A DNA stretch of 64,000 nucleotides from Eledone cirrhosa (taxonomy: Eukaryota), in assembly GCA_964016885.1 (NCBI GenBank), contig OZ024754.1, positions 20,212,001 to 20,276,000 of the forward strand, read 5' to 3'. A program made the translations under genes and the position numbers. Position 1 is the stretch's first letter. Each line of letters begins with the position of its first letter. A model generated the notes under the pieces. That model made no database searches. It was not told the DNA's origin and worked only from the letters and a program-made list of their open reading frames with translations. Below, piece by piece: positions 42,579 through 58,499 of this stretch.

Positions 42579-45500
42579 TTCCATGATATAGTTACTTTAG
42601 TTTCAACACAATCTCAGATCAAGACACTTGCCAGACATGTACAACTGTGGCTAAAGTGACTCTTCCATGATATAGTTACTTTAGTTTCAACACAGTCACA
42701 GATCAAGTCACTTGCCAGACATGTACAACTGTGGCTAAAATGACTCTTCCATGATATAGTTACTTTAGTTTCAACACAGTCACAGATCAAGTCACTTGCC
42801 AGACATGTACAACTGTGGCTAAAATGACTCTTCCATGATATAGTTACTTTAGTTTCAACACAGTCTCAGATCAGGGCACATGCCAAACATGTACAACTGT
42901 GGCTAAAATGACTCTTCCATGATATAGTTACTTTAGTTTCAACACAGTCTTAGATCAAGTCACTTGCCAGACTGTGGCTAAGATGACTCTTCCATGATAT
43001 AGTTACTTTAGTTTCAACACAGTCTCAGATCAAGTTACTTACCAGACATGTACAACTGTGGGTAAAATGACTCTTCCATGATATAGTTACTTTAGTTTCA
43101 ACACAATCTCAGATCAGGTCACTTGCCAGACATGTACAACTGTGACTAAAATGACGCTTCCATGATATAGTTACTTTAGTTTCAACACAATCTCAGATCA
43201 AGTCGCTTGCCAGACATGTACAACTGTGGCTAAAATCGCTCTTCCATGATATAGTTACTTTAGTTTCAACACAATCTCAGATCAAAGTCACTTGCCAGAC
43301 ATGTACAACTATGGCTAAAATGACTCTTCCATGATATAGTTACTTTAGTTTCAATACTGTCTTAGATCAAGTCACTTGCCAGACTGTGGCTAAAATGACT
43401 CTTCCATGATATAGTTACTTTAGTTTCAAAACAGTCTCAGATCAAGTCACTTGCCAGACATTAACATCTGTGGCTAAAATGACTCTTCCATGATATAGTT
43501 ACTTTAGTTTCAACACAGTCTCAGATCAAGTCACTTGCCAGACATGTACAACTGTGGCTAAAATGACTCTTCCATGATATAGTTACTATAGTTTCAACAC
43601 AGTCTCAGATCAAGTCACTTGCCAGACATGTACAACTGTGGCTAAAATGACTCTTCCATGATATAGTTACTTTAGTTTCAACACAGTCTCAGATCAAGTC
43701 ACTTGCCAGACATGTACAACTGTGGCTAAAATGACTCTTCCATGATATAGTTACTTTAGTTTCAACACAGTCACAGATGAAGTCACTTGCCAGACATGTA
43801 CAACTGAGGCTAAAATGACTCTTCCATTATATAGTTACTTTAGTTTCAACACAATCTCACATCAAGTCACTTACCAGACATGTACAACAGTGGCTAAAAT
43901 GACTCTTCCATGATATAGTTACTTTAGTTTCAACACAGTTTCAGATCAAGCCACTTGCCAGACATGTACAACTGTGGCTAAGATGACTCTTCCATGATAT
44001 AGTTACTTTAGTTTCAACACAGTCACAGATCAAGTCACTTGCCAGACATGTACAACTGTGGCTAAAATGACTCTTCCATGATATAGTTACTTTAGTTTCA
44101 ACACAGTCACAGATCAATTCACTTGCCAGACATGTACAACTGTGGCTAAAATGACTCTTCCGTGATATAGTTACTTTAGTTTCAACACAGTCTCAGATCA
44201 AGTCACTTGTCATACATGTACAACTGTGGCTAAAATGACTCTTCCATGATATAGTTACTTTAGTTTCAACACAGTCACAGATCAAGTCACTTGCCAGACA
44301 CGTACAACTATGGCTAAAATGACTCTTCCATGATATAGTTACTTTAGTTTCAACACAATCTCAGATCAAGGCACTTGCCAGACATGTACAACTGTGTCTA
44401 AAGTGACTCTTCCATGATATAGTTACTTTAGTTTCAACACAGTCACAGATCAAGTCACTTGCCAGACATGTACAACTGTGGCTAAAATGACTCTTCCATG
44501 ATATAGTTACTTTAGTTTCAACACAGTCTTAGATCAAGTCACTTGCCAGACTGTGGCTAAAATGACTCTTCCATGATATAGTTACTTTAGTTTCAACACA
44601 GTCTCAGATCAAGTTACTAACCAGACATGTACAACTGTGGCTAAAATGACTCTTCCATGATATAGTTACTTTAGTTTCAACACAATCTCAGATCAAGTCA
44701 CTTGCCAGACATATACAACTGTGGCTAAAATGACTCTTCCATGATATAGTTACTTTAGTTTCAACACAATCTCAGATCAGGTCACTTGCCAGACATGTAC
44801 AACTGTGACTAAAATGACGCTTCCATGATATAGTTACTTTAGTTTCAACACAATCTCAGATCAAGTCGCTTGCCAGACATGTACAACTGTGGCTAAAATC
44901 GCTCTTCCATGATATAGTTACTTTAGTTTCAACACAATCTCAGATCAAGTCACTTGCCAGACATGTACAACTGTGGCTAAAATGACTCTTCCATGATATA
45001 GTTACTTTAGTTTCAATACTGTCTTACATCAAGTCACTTGCCAGACTGTGGCTAAAATGACTCTTCCATGATATAGTTACTTTAGTTTCAAAACAGTCTC
45101 AGATCAAGTCACTTGCCAGACATTTACATCTGTGGCTAAAATGACTCTTCCATGATATAGTTACTTTAGTTTCAACACAATCTCAGATCAAGTCACTTGC
45201 CAGACATGTACAACTGTGGCTAAAATGACTCTTCCATGATATAGTTACTATAGTTTCAACACAGTCTCAGATCAAGTCACTTGCCAGACATGTACAACTG
45301 TGGCTAAAATGACTCTTCCATGATATAGTTACTTTAGTTTCAACACAGTCTCAGATCATGTCACTTGCCAGATATGTACAACTGTGGCTAAAATGACTCT
45401 TCCATGATATAGTTACTTTAGTTTCAACACAGTCACAGATGAAGTCACTTGCCAGACATGTACAACTGAGGCTAAAATGACTCTTCCATTATATAGTTAC

Positions 45501-48500
45501 TTTAGTTTCAACACAGTCTCACATCAAGTCACTTACCAGACATGTACAACAGTGGCTAAAATGACTCTTCCATGATATAGTTACGTTAGTTTCAACACAG
45601 TCACAGATCAAGTCACTTGCCAGACATGTACAACTGTGGCTAAAATGACTCTTCCATGATATATGTACTTTAGTTTCAACACAATCTCAGATCAAGTCGC
45701 TTGCCAGACTTGTACAACTGTGGCTAAAATCGCTCTTCCATGATATAGTTACTTTAGTTTCAACACAATCTCAGATCAAAGTCACTTGCCAGACATGTAC
45801 AACTGTGGCTAAAATGACTCTTCCATGATATAGTTACTTTAGTTTCAATACTGTCTTAGATCAAGTCACTTGCCAGACTGTGGCTAAAATGACTCTTCCA
45901 TGATATAGTTACTTTAGTTTCAAAACAGTCTCAGATCAAGTCACTTGTCAGACGTTTACATCTGTGGCTAAAATGACTCTTCCATGATATAGTTACTTTA
46001 GTTTCAACACAGTCTCAGATCAAGTCACTTGCCAGACATGTACAACTGTGGCTAAAATGACTCTTCCATGATATAGTTACTATAGTTTCAACACAGTCTC
46101 AGATCAAGTCACTTGCCAGACATGTACAACTGTGGCTAAAATGACTCTTCCATGATATAGTTACTTTAGTTTCAACACAGTCTCAGATCAAGTCACTTGC
46201 CAGACATGTACAACTGTGGCTAAAATGACTCTTCCATGATATAGTTACTTTAGTTTCAACACAGTCACAGATGAAGTCACTTGCCAGACATGTACAACTG
46301 AGGCTAAAATGACTCTTCCATTATATAGTTACTTTAGTTTCAACACAATCTCACATCAAGTCACTTACCAGACATGTACAACAGTGGCTAAAATGACACT
46401 TCCATGATATAGTTACTTTAGTTTCAACACAGTTTCAGATCAAGTCACTTGCCAGACATGTACAACCGTGGCTAAGATGACTCTTCCATGATATAGTTAC
46501 TTTAGTTTCAACACAGTCACAGATCAAGTCACTTGCCAGACATGTACAACTATGGCTAAAATGACTCTTCCATGATATAGTTACTTTAGTTTCAACACAA
46601 TCTCAGATCAAGTCACTTGCCAGACATGTACAACTGTGGCTAAAATGACTCTTCCATGATATAGTTACTTTAGTTTCAACACAGTCACAGATCAAGTCAC
46701 TTGCCAGACATGTACAACTGTGGCTAAAATGAATCTTCCGTGATATAGTTACTTTAGTTTCAACACAGTCTCAGATCAAGTCACTTGTCATACATGTACA
46801 ACTGTGGCTAAAATGACTCTTCCATGATATAGTTACTTTAATTTCAACACAATCTCAGATCAAGTCACTTGCCAGACATATACAACTGTGGCTAAAATGA
46901 CTCTTCCATGATATAGTTACTTTAGTTTCAACACAGTCTTAGATCAAGTCACTTGCCAGACTGTGGCTAAAATGACTCTTCCATGATATAGTTACTTTAG
47001 TTTCAACACAGTCTCAGATCAAGTTACTTACCAGACATGTACAACTGTGGCTAAAATGACTCTTCCATGATATAGTTACTTTAGTTTCAACACAATCTCA
47101 GATCAAGTCACTTGCCAGACATATACAACTGTGGCTAAAATGACTCTTCCATGATATAGTTACTTTAGTTTCAACACAATCTCAGATCAGGTCACTTGCC
47201 AGACATGTACAACTGTGACTAAAATGACGCTTCCATGATATAGTTACTTTAGTTTCAACACAATCTCAGATCAAGTCGCTTGCCAGACATGTACAACTGT
47301 GGCTAAAATCGCTCTTCCATGATATAGTTACTTTAGTTTCAACACAATCTCAGATCAAGTCACTTGCCAGACATGTACAACTGTGGCTAAAATGACTCTT
47401 CCATGATATAGTTACTTTAGTTTCAATACTGTCTTAGATCAAGTCACTTGCCAGACTGTGGCTAAAATGACTCTTCCATGATATAGTTACTTTAGTTTCA
47501 ACACAGTCTCAGATCAAGTTACTTACCACACATGTACAACTGTGGCTAAAATGACTCTTCCATGATATAGTTACTTTAGTTTCAACACAGTCTCAGATCA
47601 AGTCACTTGTCATACATGTACAACTGTGGCTAAAATGACTCTTCCATGATATAGTTACTTTAGTTTCAACACAGTCACAGATCAAGTCACTTGCCAGACA
47701 CGTACAACTATGGCTAAAATGACTCTTCCATGATATAGTTACTTTAGTTTCAACACAATCTCAGATCAAGACACTTGCCAGACATGTACAACTGTGGCTA
47801 AAGTGACTCTTCCATGATATAGTTACTTTAGTTTCAACACAGTCACAGATCAAGTCACTTGCCAGACATGTACAACTGTGGCTAAAATGACTCTTCCATG
47901 ATATAGTTACTTTAGTTTCAACACAGTCACAGATCAAGTCACTTGCCAGACATGTACAACTGTGGCTAAAATGACTCTTCCATGATATAGTTACTTTAGT
48001 TTCAACACAGTCTCAGATCAGGGCACATGCCAAACATGTACAACTGTGGCTAAAATGACTCTTCCATGATATAGTTACTTTAGTTTCAACACAGTCTTAG
48101 ATCAAGTCACTTGCCAGACTGTGGCTAAAATGACTCTTCCATGATATAGTTACTTTAGTTTCAACACAGTCTCAGATCAATTTACTTACCAGACATGTAC
48201 AACTGTGGGTAAAATGACTCTTCCATGATATAGTTACTTTAGTTTCAACACAATCTCAGATCAGGTCACTTGCCAGACATGTACAACTGTGACTAAAATG
48301 ACGCTTCCATGATATAGTTACTTTAGTTTCAACACAATCTCAGATCAAGTCGCTTGCCAGACATGTACAACTGTGGCTAAAATCGCTCTTCCATGATATA
48401 GTTACTTTAGTTTCAACACAATCTCAGATCAAAGTCACTTGCCAGACATGTACAACTATGGCTAAAATGACTCTTCCATGATATAGTTACTTTAGTTTCA

Positions 48501-51042
48501 ATACTGTCTTAGATCAAGTCACTTGCCAGACTGTGGCTAAAATGACTCTTCCATGATATAGTTACTTTAGTTTCAAAACAGTCTCAGATCAAGTCACTTG
48601 CCAGACATTAACATCTGTGGCTAAAATGACTCTTCCATGATATAGTTACTTTAGTTTCAACACAGTCTCAGATCAAGTCACTTGCCAGACATGTACAACT
48701 GTGGCTAAAATGACTCTTCCATGATATAGTTACTATAGTTTCAACACAGTCTCAGATCAAGTCACTTGCCAGACATGTACAACTGTGGCTAAAATGACTC
48801 TTCCATGATATAGTTACTTTAGTTTCAACACAGTCTCAGATCAAGTCACTTGCCAGACATGTACAACTGTGGCTAAAATGACTCTTCCATGATATAGTTA
48901 CTTTAGTTTCAACACAGTCACAGATGAAGTCACTTGACAGACATGTACAACTGAGGCTAAAATGACTCTTCCATTATATAGTTACTTTAGTTTCAACACA
49001 ATCTCACATCAAGTCACTTACCAGACATGTACAACAGTGGCTAAAATGACTCTTCCATGATATAGTTACTTTAGTTTCAACACAGTTTCAGATCAAGCCA
49101 CTTGCCAGACATGTACAACTGTGGCTAAGATGACTCTTCCATGATATAGTTACTTTAGTTTCAACACAGTCACAGATCAAGTCACTTGCCAGACATGTAC
49201 AACTGTGGCTAAAATGACTCTTCCATGATATAGTTACTTTAGATTCAACACAGTCACAGATCAAGTCACTTGCCAGACATGTACAACTGTGGCTAAAATG
49301 ACTCTTCCGTGATATAGTTACTTTAGTTTCAACACAGTCTCAGATCAAGTCACTTGTCATACATGTACAACTGTGGCTAAAATGACTCTTCCATGATATA
49401 GTTACTTTAGTTTCAACACAGTCACAGATCAAGTCACTTGCCAGACACGTACAACTATGGCTAAAATGACTCTTCCATGATATAGTTACTTTAGTTTCAA
49501 CACAATCTCAGATCAAGACACTTGCCAGACATGTACAACTGTGTCTAAAGTGACTCTTCCATGATATAGTTACTTTAGTTTCAACACAGTCACAGATCAA
49601 GTCACTTGCCAGACATGTACAACTGTGGCTAAAATGACACTTCCATGATATAGTTACTTTAGTTTCAACACAGTCTTAGATCAAGTCACTTGCCAGACTG
49701 TGGCTAAAATGACTCTTCCATGATATAGTTACTTTAGTTTCAACACAGTCTCAGATCAAGTTACTTACCAGACATGTACAACTGTGGCTAAAATGACTCT
49801 TCCATGATATAGTTACTTTAGTTTCAACACAATCTCAGATCAAGTCACTTGCCAGACATATACAACTGTGGCTAAAATGACTCTTCCATGATATAGTTAC
49901 TTTAGTTTCAACACAATCTCAGATCAGGTCACTTGCCAGACATGTACAACTGTGACTAAAATGACGCTTCCATGATATAGTTACTTTAGTTTCAACACAA
50001 TCTCAGATCAAGTCGCTTGCCAGACATGTACAACTGTGGCTAAAATCGCTCTTCCATGATATAGTTACTTTAGTTTCAACACAATCTCAGATCAAGTCAC
50101 TTGCCAGACATGTACAACTGTGGCTAAAATGACTCTTCCATGATATAGTTACTTTAGTTTCAATACTGTCTTAGATCAAGTCACTTGCCAGACTGTGGCT
50201 AAAATGACTCTTCCATGATATAGTTACTTTAGTTTCAAAACAGTCTCAGATCAAGTCACTTGCCAGACATTTACATCTGTGGCTAAAATGACTCTTCCAT
50301 GATATAGTTACTTTAGTTTCAACACAATCTCAGATCAAGTCACTTGCCAGACATGTACAACTGTGGCTAAAATGACTCTTCCATGATATAGTTACTATAG
50401 TTTCAACACAGTCTCAGATCAAGTCACTTGCCAGACATGTACAACTGTGGCTAAAATGACTCTTCCATGATATAGTTACTTTAGTTTCAACACAGTCTCA
50501 GATCATGTCACTTGCCAGACATGTACAACTGTGGCTAAAATGACTCTTCCATGATATAGTTACTTTAGTTTCAACACAGTCACAGATGAAGTCACTTGCC
50601 AGACATGTACAACTGAGGCTAAAATGACTCTTCCATTATATAGTTACTTTAGTTTCAACACAATCTCACATCAAGTCACTTACCAGACATGTACAACAGT
50701 GGCTAAAATGACTCTTCCATGATATAGTTACGTTAGTTTCAACACAGTCACAGATCAAGTCACTTGCCAGACATGTACAACTGTGGCTAAAATGACTCTT
50801 CCATGATATATTTACTTTAGTTTCAACACAATCTCAGATCAGGTCGCTTGCCAGACTTGTACAACTGTGGCTAAAATCGCTCTTCCATGATATAGTTACT
50901 TTAGTTTCAACACAATCTCAGATCAAAGTCACTTGCCAGACATGTACAACTGTGGCTAAAATGACTCTTCCGTGATATAGTTACTTTAGTTTCAATACTG
51001 TCTTAGATCAAGTCACTTGCCAGACTGTGGCTAAAATGACTC
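41673..51042. repeat. 62-monomer-offset duplication (5147 bp); second copy interrupted by a later duplication
   Basis: TTTAATTTC monomers start at 41673 and 46820; the AAGCCACTTG variant base lies at 43951 and 49098; GTGTCTAAAG is also paired; 62x84-63+2=5147. Confidence 0.85.
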
Positions 51043-53116
51043 TTCCATGATATAGTTACTTTAGTTTCAACACAGTCACAGATGAAGTCACTTGCCAGAC
51101 ATGTACAACTGAGGCTAAAATGACTCTTCCATTATATAGTTACTTTAGTTTCAACACAATCTCACATCAAGTCACTTACCAGACATGTACAACAGTGGCT
51201 AAAATGACTCTTCCATGATATAGTTACTTTAGTTTCAACACAGTTTCAGATCAAGCCACTTGCCAGACATGTACAACTGTGGCTAAGATGACTCTTCCAT
51301 GATATAGTTACTTTAGTTTCAACACAGTCACAGATCAAGTCACTTGCCAGACATGTACAACTGTGGCTAAAATGACTCTTCCATGATATAGTTACTTTAG
51401 TTTCAACACAGTCACAGATCAAGTCACTTGCCAGACATGTACAACTGTGGCTAAAATGACTCTTCCGTGATATAGTTACTTTAGTTTCAACACAGTCTCA
51501 GATCAAGTCACTTGTCATACATGTACAACTGTGGCTAAAATGACTCTTCCATGATATAGTTACTTTAGTTTCAACACAGTCACAGATCAAGTCACTTGCC
51601 AGACACGTACAACTATGGCTAAAATGACTCTTCCATGATATAGTTACTTTAGTTTCAACACAATCTCAGATCAAGACACTTGCCAGACATGTACAACTGT
51701 GTCTAAAGTGACTCTTCCATGATATAGTTACTTTAGTTTCAACACAGTCACAGATCAAGTCACTTGCCAGACATGTACAACTGTGGCTAAAATCACTCTT
51801 CCATGATATAGTTACTTTAGTTTCAACACAGTCTTAGATCAAGTCACTTGCCAGACTGTGGCTAAAATGACTCTTCCATGATATAGTTACTTTAGTTTCA
51901 ACACAGTCTCAGATCAAGTTACTTACCAGACATGTACAACTGTGGCTAAAATGACTCTTCCATGATATAGTTACTTTAGTTTCAACACAATCTCAGATCA
52001 AGTCACTTGCCAGACATATACAACTGTGGCTAAAATGACTCTTCCATGATATAGTTACTTTAGTTTCAACACAATCTCAGATCAGGTCACTTGCCAGACA
52101 TGTACAACTGTGACTAAAATGACGCTTCCATGATATAGTTACTTTAGTTTCAACACAATCTCAGATCAAGTCGCTTGCCAGACATGTACAACTGTGGCTA
52201 AAATCGCTCTTCCATGATATAGTTACTTTAGTTTCAACACAATCTCAGATCAAGTCACTTGCCAGACATGTACAACTGTGGCTAAAATGACTCTTCCATG
52301 ATATAGTTACTTTAGTTTCAATACTGTCTTAGATCAAGTCACTTGCCAGACTGTGGCTAAAATGACTCTTCCATGATATAGTTACTTTAGTTTCAAAACA
52401 GTCTCAGATCAAGTCACTTGCCAGACATTTACATCTGTGGCTAAAATGACTCTTCCATGATATAGTTACTTTAGTTTCAACACAATCTCAGATCAAGTCA
52501 CTTGCCAGACATGTACAACTGTGGCTAAAATGACTCTTCCATGATATAGTTACTTTAGTTTCAACACAGTCTCAGATCATGTCACTTGCCAGACATGTAC
52601 AACTGTGGCTAAAATGACTCTTCCATGATATAGTTAATTTAGTTTCAACACAGTCACAGATGAAGTCACTTGCCAGACATGTACAACTGAGGCTAAAATG
52701 ACTCTTCCATTATATAGTTACTTTAGTTTCAACACAATCTCACATCAAGTCACTTACCAGACATGTACAACAGTGGCTAAAATGACTCTTCCATGATATA
52801 GTTACGTTAGTTTCAACACAGTCACAGATCAAGTCACTTGCCAGACATGTACAACTGTGGCTAAAATGACTCTTCCATGATATATTTACTTTAGTTTCAA
52901 CACAATCTCAGATCAAGTCGCTTGCCAGACTTGTACAACTGTGGCTAAAATCGCTCTTCCATGATATAGTTACTTTAGTTTCAACACAATCTCAGATCAA
53001 AGTCACTTGCCAGACATGTACAACTGTGGCTAAAATGACTCTTCCATGATATAGTTACTTTAGTTTCAATACTGTCTTAGATCAAGTCACTTGCCAGACT
53101 GTGGCTAAAATGACTC
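48885..53116. repeat. 26-monomer tandem duplication (2158 bp); second copy one monomer shorter
   Basis: AAGCCACT variant base at 49098 and 51256; GTGTCTAAAG at ~49541 and ~51699; 26x84-27+1=2158. Confidence 0.8.
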
Positions 53117-53452
53117 TTCCATGATATAGTTACTTTAGTTTCAAAACAGTCTCAGATCAAGTCACTTGCCAGACATTTACATCTGTGGCTAAAATGACTC
53201 TTCCATGATATAGTTACTTTAGTTTCAACACAGTCTCAGATCAAGTCACTTGCCAGACATGTACAACTGTGGCTAAAATGACTCTTCCATGATATAGTTA
53301 CTATAGTTTCAACACAGTCTCAGATCAAGTCACTTGCCAGACATGTACAACTGTGGCTAAAATGACTCTTCCATGATATAGTTACTTTAGTTTCAACACA
53401 GTCTCAGATCAAGTCACTTGCCAGACATGTACAACTGTGGCTAAAATGACTC

Positions 53453-56400
53453 TTCCATGATATAGTTACTTTAGTTTCAACACAGTCACAGATGAAGTCA
53501 CTTGCCAGACATGTACAACTGAGGCTAAAATGACTCTTCCATTATATAGTTACTTTAGTTTCAACACAATCTCACATCAAGTCACTTACCAGACATGTAC
53601 AACAGTGGCTAAAATGACACTTCCATGATATAGTTACTTTAGTTTCAACACAGTTTCAGATCAAGTCACTTGCCAGACATGTACAACCGTGGCTAAGATG
53701 ACTCTTCCATGATATAGTTACTTTAGTTTCAACACAGTCACAGATCAAGTCACTTGCTAGACATGTACAACTATGGCTAAAATGACTCTTCCATGATATA
53801 GTTACTTTAGTTTCAACACAATCTCAGATCAAGTCACTTGCCAGACATGTACAACTGTGGCTAAAATGACTCTTCCATGATATAGTTACTTTAGTTTCAA
53901 CACAGTCACAGATCAAGTCACTTGCCAGACATGTACAACTGTGGCTAAAATGAATCTTCCGTGATATAGTTACTTTAGTTTCAACACAGTCTCAGATCAA
54001 GTCACTTGTCATACATGTACAACTGTGGCTAAAATGACTCTTCCATGATATAGTTACTTTAGTTTCAACACAGTCACAGATCAAGTCACTTGCCAGACAC
54101 GTACAACTATGGCTAAAATGACTCTTCCATGATATAGTCACTTTAGTTTCAACACAATCTCAGATCAAGACACTTGCCAGACATGTACAACTGTGGCTAA
54201 AGTGACTCTTCCATGATATAGTTACTTTAGTTTCAACACAGTCACAGATCAAGTCACTTGCCAGAAATGTACAACTGTGGCTAAAATGACTCTTCCATGA
54301 TATAGTTACTTTAGTTTCAACACAGTCACAGATCAAGTCACTTGCCAGACATGTACAACTGTGGCTAAAATGAATCTTCCATGATATAGTTACTTTAGTT
54401 TCAACACAGTCTCAGATCAGGGCACTTGCCAAACATGTACAACTGTGGCTAAAATGACTCTTCCATGATATAGTTACTTTAGTTTCAACACAGTCTCAGA
54501 TCAAGTTACTTACCAGACATGTACAACTGTGGGTAAAATGACTCTTCCATGATATAGTTACTTTAGTTTCAACACAGTCACAGATCAAGTCACTTGCCAG
54601 ACACGTACAACTATGGCTAAAATGACTCTTCCATGATATAGTTACTTTAGTTTCAACACAATCTCAGATCAAGACACTTGCCAGACATGTACAACTGTGG
54701 CTAAAGTGACTCTTCCATGATATAGTTACTTTAGTTTCAACACAGTCACAGATCAAGTCACTTGCCAGACATGTACAACTGTGGCTAAAATGACTCTTCC
54801 ATGATATAGTTACTTTAGTTTCAACACAGTCACAGATCAAGTCACTTGCCAGACATGTACAACTGTGGCTAAAATGACTCTTCCATGATATAGTTACTTT
54901 AGTTTCAACACAGTCTCAGATCAGGGCACATGCCAAACATGTACAACTGTGGCTAAAATGACTCTTCCATGATATAGTTACTTTAGTTTCAACACAGTCT
55001 TAGATCAAGTCACTTGCCAGACTGTGGCTAAAATGACTCTTCCATGATATAGTTACTTTAGTTTCAACACAGTCTCAGATCAAGTTACTTACCAGACATG
55101 TACAACTGTGGGTAAAATGACTCTTCCATGATATAGTTACTTTAGTTTCAACACAATCTCCGATCAGGTCACTTGCCAGACATGTACAACTGTGACTAAA
55201 ATGACGCTTCCATGATATAGTTACTTTAGTTTCAACACAATCTCAGATCAAAGTCACTTGCCAGACATGTACAACTATGGCTAAAATGACTCTTCCATGA
55301 TATAGTTACTTTAGTTTCAATACTGTCTTAGATCAAGTCACTTGCCAGACTGTGGCTAAAATGACTCTTCCATGATATAGTTACTTTAGTTTCAAAACAG
55401 TCTCAGATCAAGTCACTTGCCAGACATTAACATCTGTGGCTAAAATGACTCTTCCATGATATAGTTACTTTAGTTTCAACACAGTCACAGATCAAGTCAC
55501 TTGCCAGACATGTACAACTATGGCTAAAATGACTCTTCCATGATATAGTTACTTTAGTTTCAACACAATCTCAGATCAAGTCACTTGCCAGACATGTACA
55601 ACTGTGGCTAAAATGACTCTTCCATGATATAGTTACTTTAGTTTCAACACAGTCACAGATCAAGTCACTTGTCATACATGTACAACTGTGGCTAAAATGA
55701 CTCTTCCATGATATAGTTACTTTAGTTTCAACACAGTCACAGATGAAGTCACTTGCCAGACATGTACAACTGAGGCTAAAATGACTCTTCCATTATATAG
55801 TTACTTTAGTTTCAACACAATCTCACATCAAGTCACTTACCAGACATGTACAACAGTGGCTAAAATGACACTTCCATGATATAGTTACTTTAGTTTCAAC
55901 ACAGTTTCAGATCAAGTCACTTGCCAGACATGTACAACCGTGGCTAAGATGACTCTTCCATGATATAGTTACTTTAGTTTCAACACAGTCACAGATCAAG
56001 TCACTTGCTAGACATGTACAACTATGGCTAAAATGACTCTTCCATGATATAGTTACTTTAGTTTCAACACAATCTCAGATCAAGTCACTTGCCAGACATG
56101 TACAACTGTGGCTAAAATGACTCTTCCATGATATAGTTACTTTAGTTTCAACACAGTCACAGATCAAGTCACTTGCCAGACATGTACAACTGTGGCTAAA
56201 ATGAATCTTCCGTGATATAGTTACTTTAGTTTCAACACAGTCTCAGATCAAGTCACTTGTCATACATGTACAACTGTGGCTAAAATGACTCTTCCATGAT
56301 ATAGTTACTTTAGTTTCAACACAGTCACAGATCAAGTCACTTGCCAGACACGTACAACTATGGCTAAAATGACTCTTCCATGATATAGTCACTTTAGTTT

Positions 56401-57954
56401 CAACACAATCTCAGATCAAGACACTTGCCAGACATGTACAACTGTGGCTAAAGTGACTCTTCCATGATATAGTTACTTTAGTTTCAACACAGTCACAGAT
56501 CAAGTCACTTGCCAGAAATGTACAACTGTGGCTAAAATGACTCTTCCATGATATAGTTACTTTAGTTTCAACACAGTCACAGATCAAGTCACTTGCCAGA
56601 CATGTACAACTGTGGCTAAAATGAATCTTCCATGATATAGTTACTTTAGTTTCAACACAGTCTCAGATCAGGGCACTTGCCAAACATGTACAACTGTGGC
56701 TAAAATGACTCTTCCATGATATAGTTACTTTAGTTTCAACACAGTCTCAGATCAAGTTACTTACCAGACATGTACAACTGTGGGTAAAATGACTCTTCCA
56801 TGATATAGTTACTTTAGTTTCAACACAGTCACAGATCAAGTCACTTGCCAGACACGTACAACTATGGCTAAAATGACTCTTCCATGATATAGTTACTTTA
56901 GTTTCAACACAATCTCAGATCAAGACACTTGCCAGACATGTACAACTGTGGCTAAAGTGACTCTTCCATGATATAGTTACTTTAGTTTCAACACAGTCAC
57001 AGATCAAGTCACTTGCCAGACATGTACAACTGTGGCTAAAATGACTCTTCCATGATATAGTTACTTTAGTTTCAACACAGTCACAGATCAAGTCACTTGC
57101 CAGACATGTACAACTGTGGCTAAAATGACTCTTCCATGATATAGTTACTTTAGTTTCAACACAGTCTCAGATCAGGGCACATGCCAAACATGTACAACTG
57201 TGGCTAAAATGACTCTTCCATGATATAGTTACTTTAGTTTCAACACAGTCTTAGATCAAGTCACTTGCCAGACTGTGGCTAAAATGACTCTTCCATGATA
57301 TAGTTACTTTAGTTTCAACACAGTCTCAGATCAAGTTACTTACCAGACATGTACAACTGTGGGTAAAATGACTCTTCCATGATATAGTTACTTTAGTTTC
57401 AACACAATCTCCGATCAGGTCACTTGCCAGACATGTACAACTGTGACTAAAATGACGCTTCCATGATATAGTTACTTTAGTTTCAACACAATCTCAGATC
57501 AAAGTCACTTGCCAGACATGTACAACTATGGCTAAAATGACTCTTCCATGATATAGTTACTTTAGTTTCAATACTGTCTTAGATCAAGTCACTTGCCAGA
57601 CTGTGGCTAAAATGACTCTTCCATGATATAGTTACTTTAGTTTCAAAACAGTCTCAGATCAAGTCACTTGCCAGACATTAACATCTGTGGCTAAAATGAC
57701 TCTTCCATGATATAGTTACTTTAGTTTCAACACAGTCACAGATCAAGTCACTTGCCAGACATGTACAACTATGGCTAAAATGACTCTTCCATGATATAGT
57801 TACTTTAGTTTCAACACAATCTCAGATCAAGTCACTTGCCAGACATGTACAACTGTGGCTAAAATGACTCTTCCATGATATAGTTACTTTAGTTTCAACA
57901 CAGTCACAGATCAAGTCACTTGTCATACATGTACAACTGTGGCTAAAATGACTC
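53453..57954. repeat. 27-monomer near-perfect tandem duplication (2251 bp x2)
   Basis: Markers CACTTGCTAG (53751/56002), CCAGAAATG (54261/56512), CTCCGATCAGG (~55158/~57409); 27x84-18+1=2251. Confidence 0.92.
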
Positions 57955-58499
57955 TTCCATGATATAGTTACTTTAGTTTCAACATAGTCACAGATCAAGT
58001 CACTTGCCAGACACGTACAACTATGGCTAAAATGACTCTTCCATGATATAGTTACTTTAGTTTCAACACAATCTCAGATCAAGTCACTTGCCAGACATGT
58101 ACAACTGTGGCTAAAATGACTCTTCCATGATATAGTTACTTTAGTTTCAACACAGTCACAGATCAAGTCACTTGCCAGACATGTACAACTGTGGCTAAAA
58201 TGAATCTTCCGTGATATAGTTACTTTAGTTTCAACACAGTCTCAGATCAAGTCACTTGTCATACATGTACAACTGTGGCTAAAATGACTCTTCCTTGATA
58301 TAGTTACTTTAGTTTCAACACAGTCACAGATCAAGTCACTTGCCAGACACGTACAACTATGGCTAAAATGACTCTTCCATGATATAGTCACTTTAGTTTC
58401 AACACAATCTCAGATCAAGACACTTGCCAGACATGTACAACTGTGGCTAAAGTGACTCTTCCATGATATAGTTACTTTAGTTTCAACACAGTCACAGAT

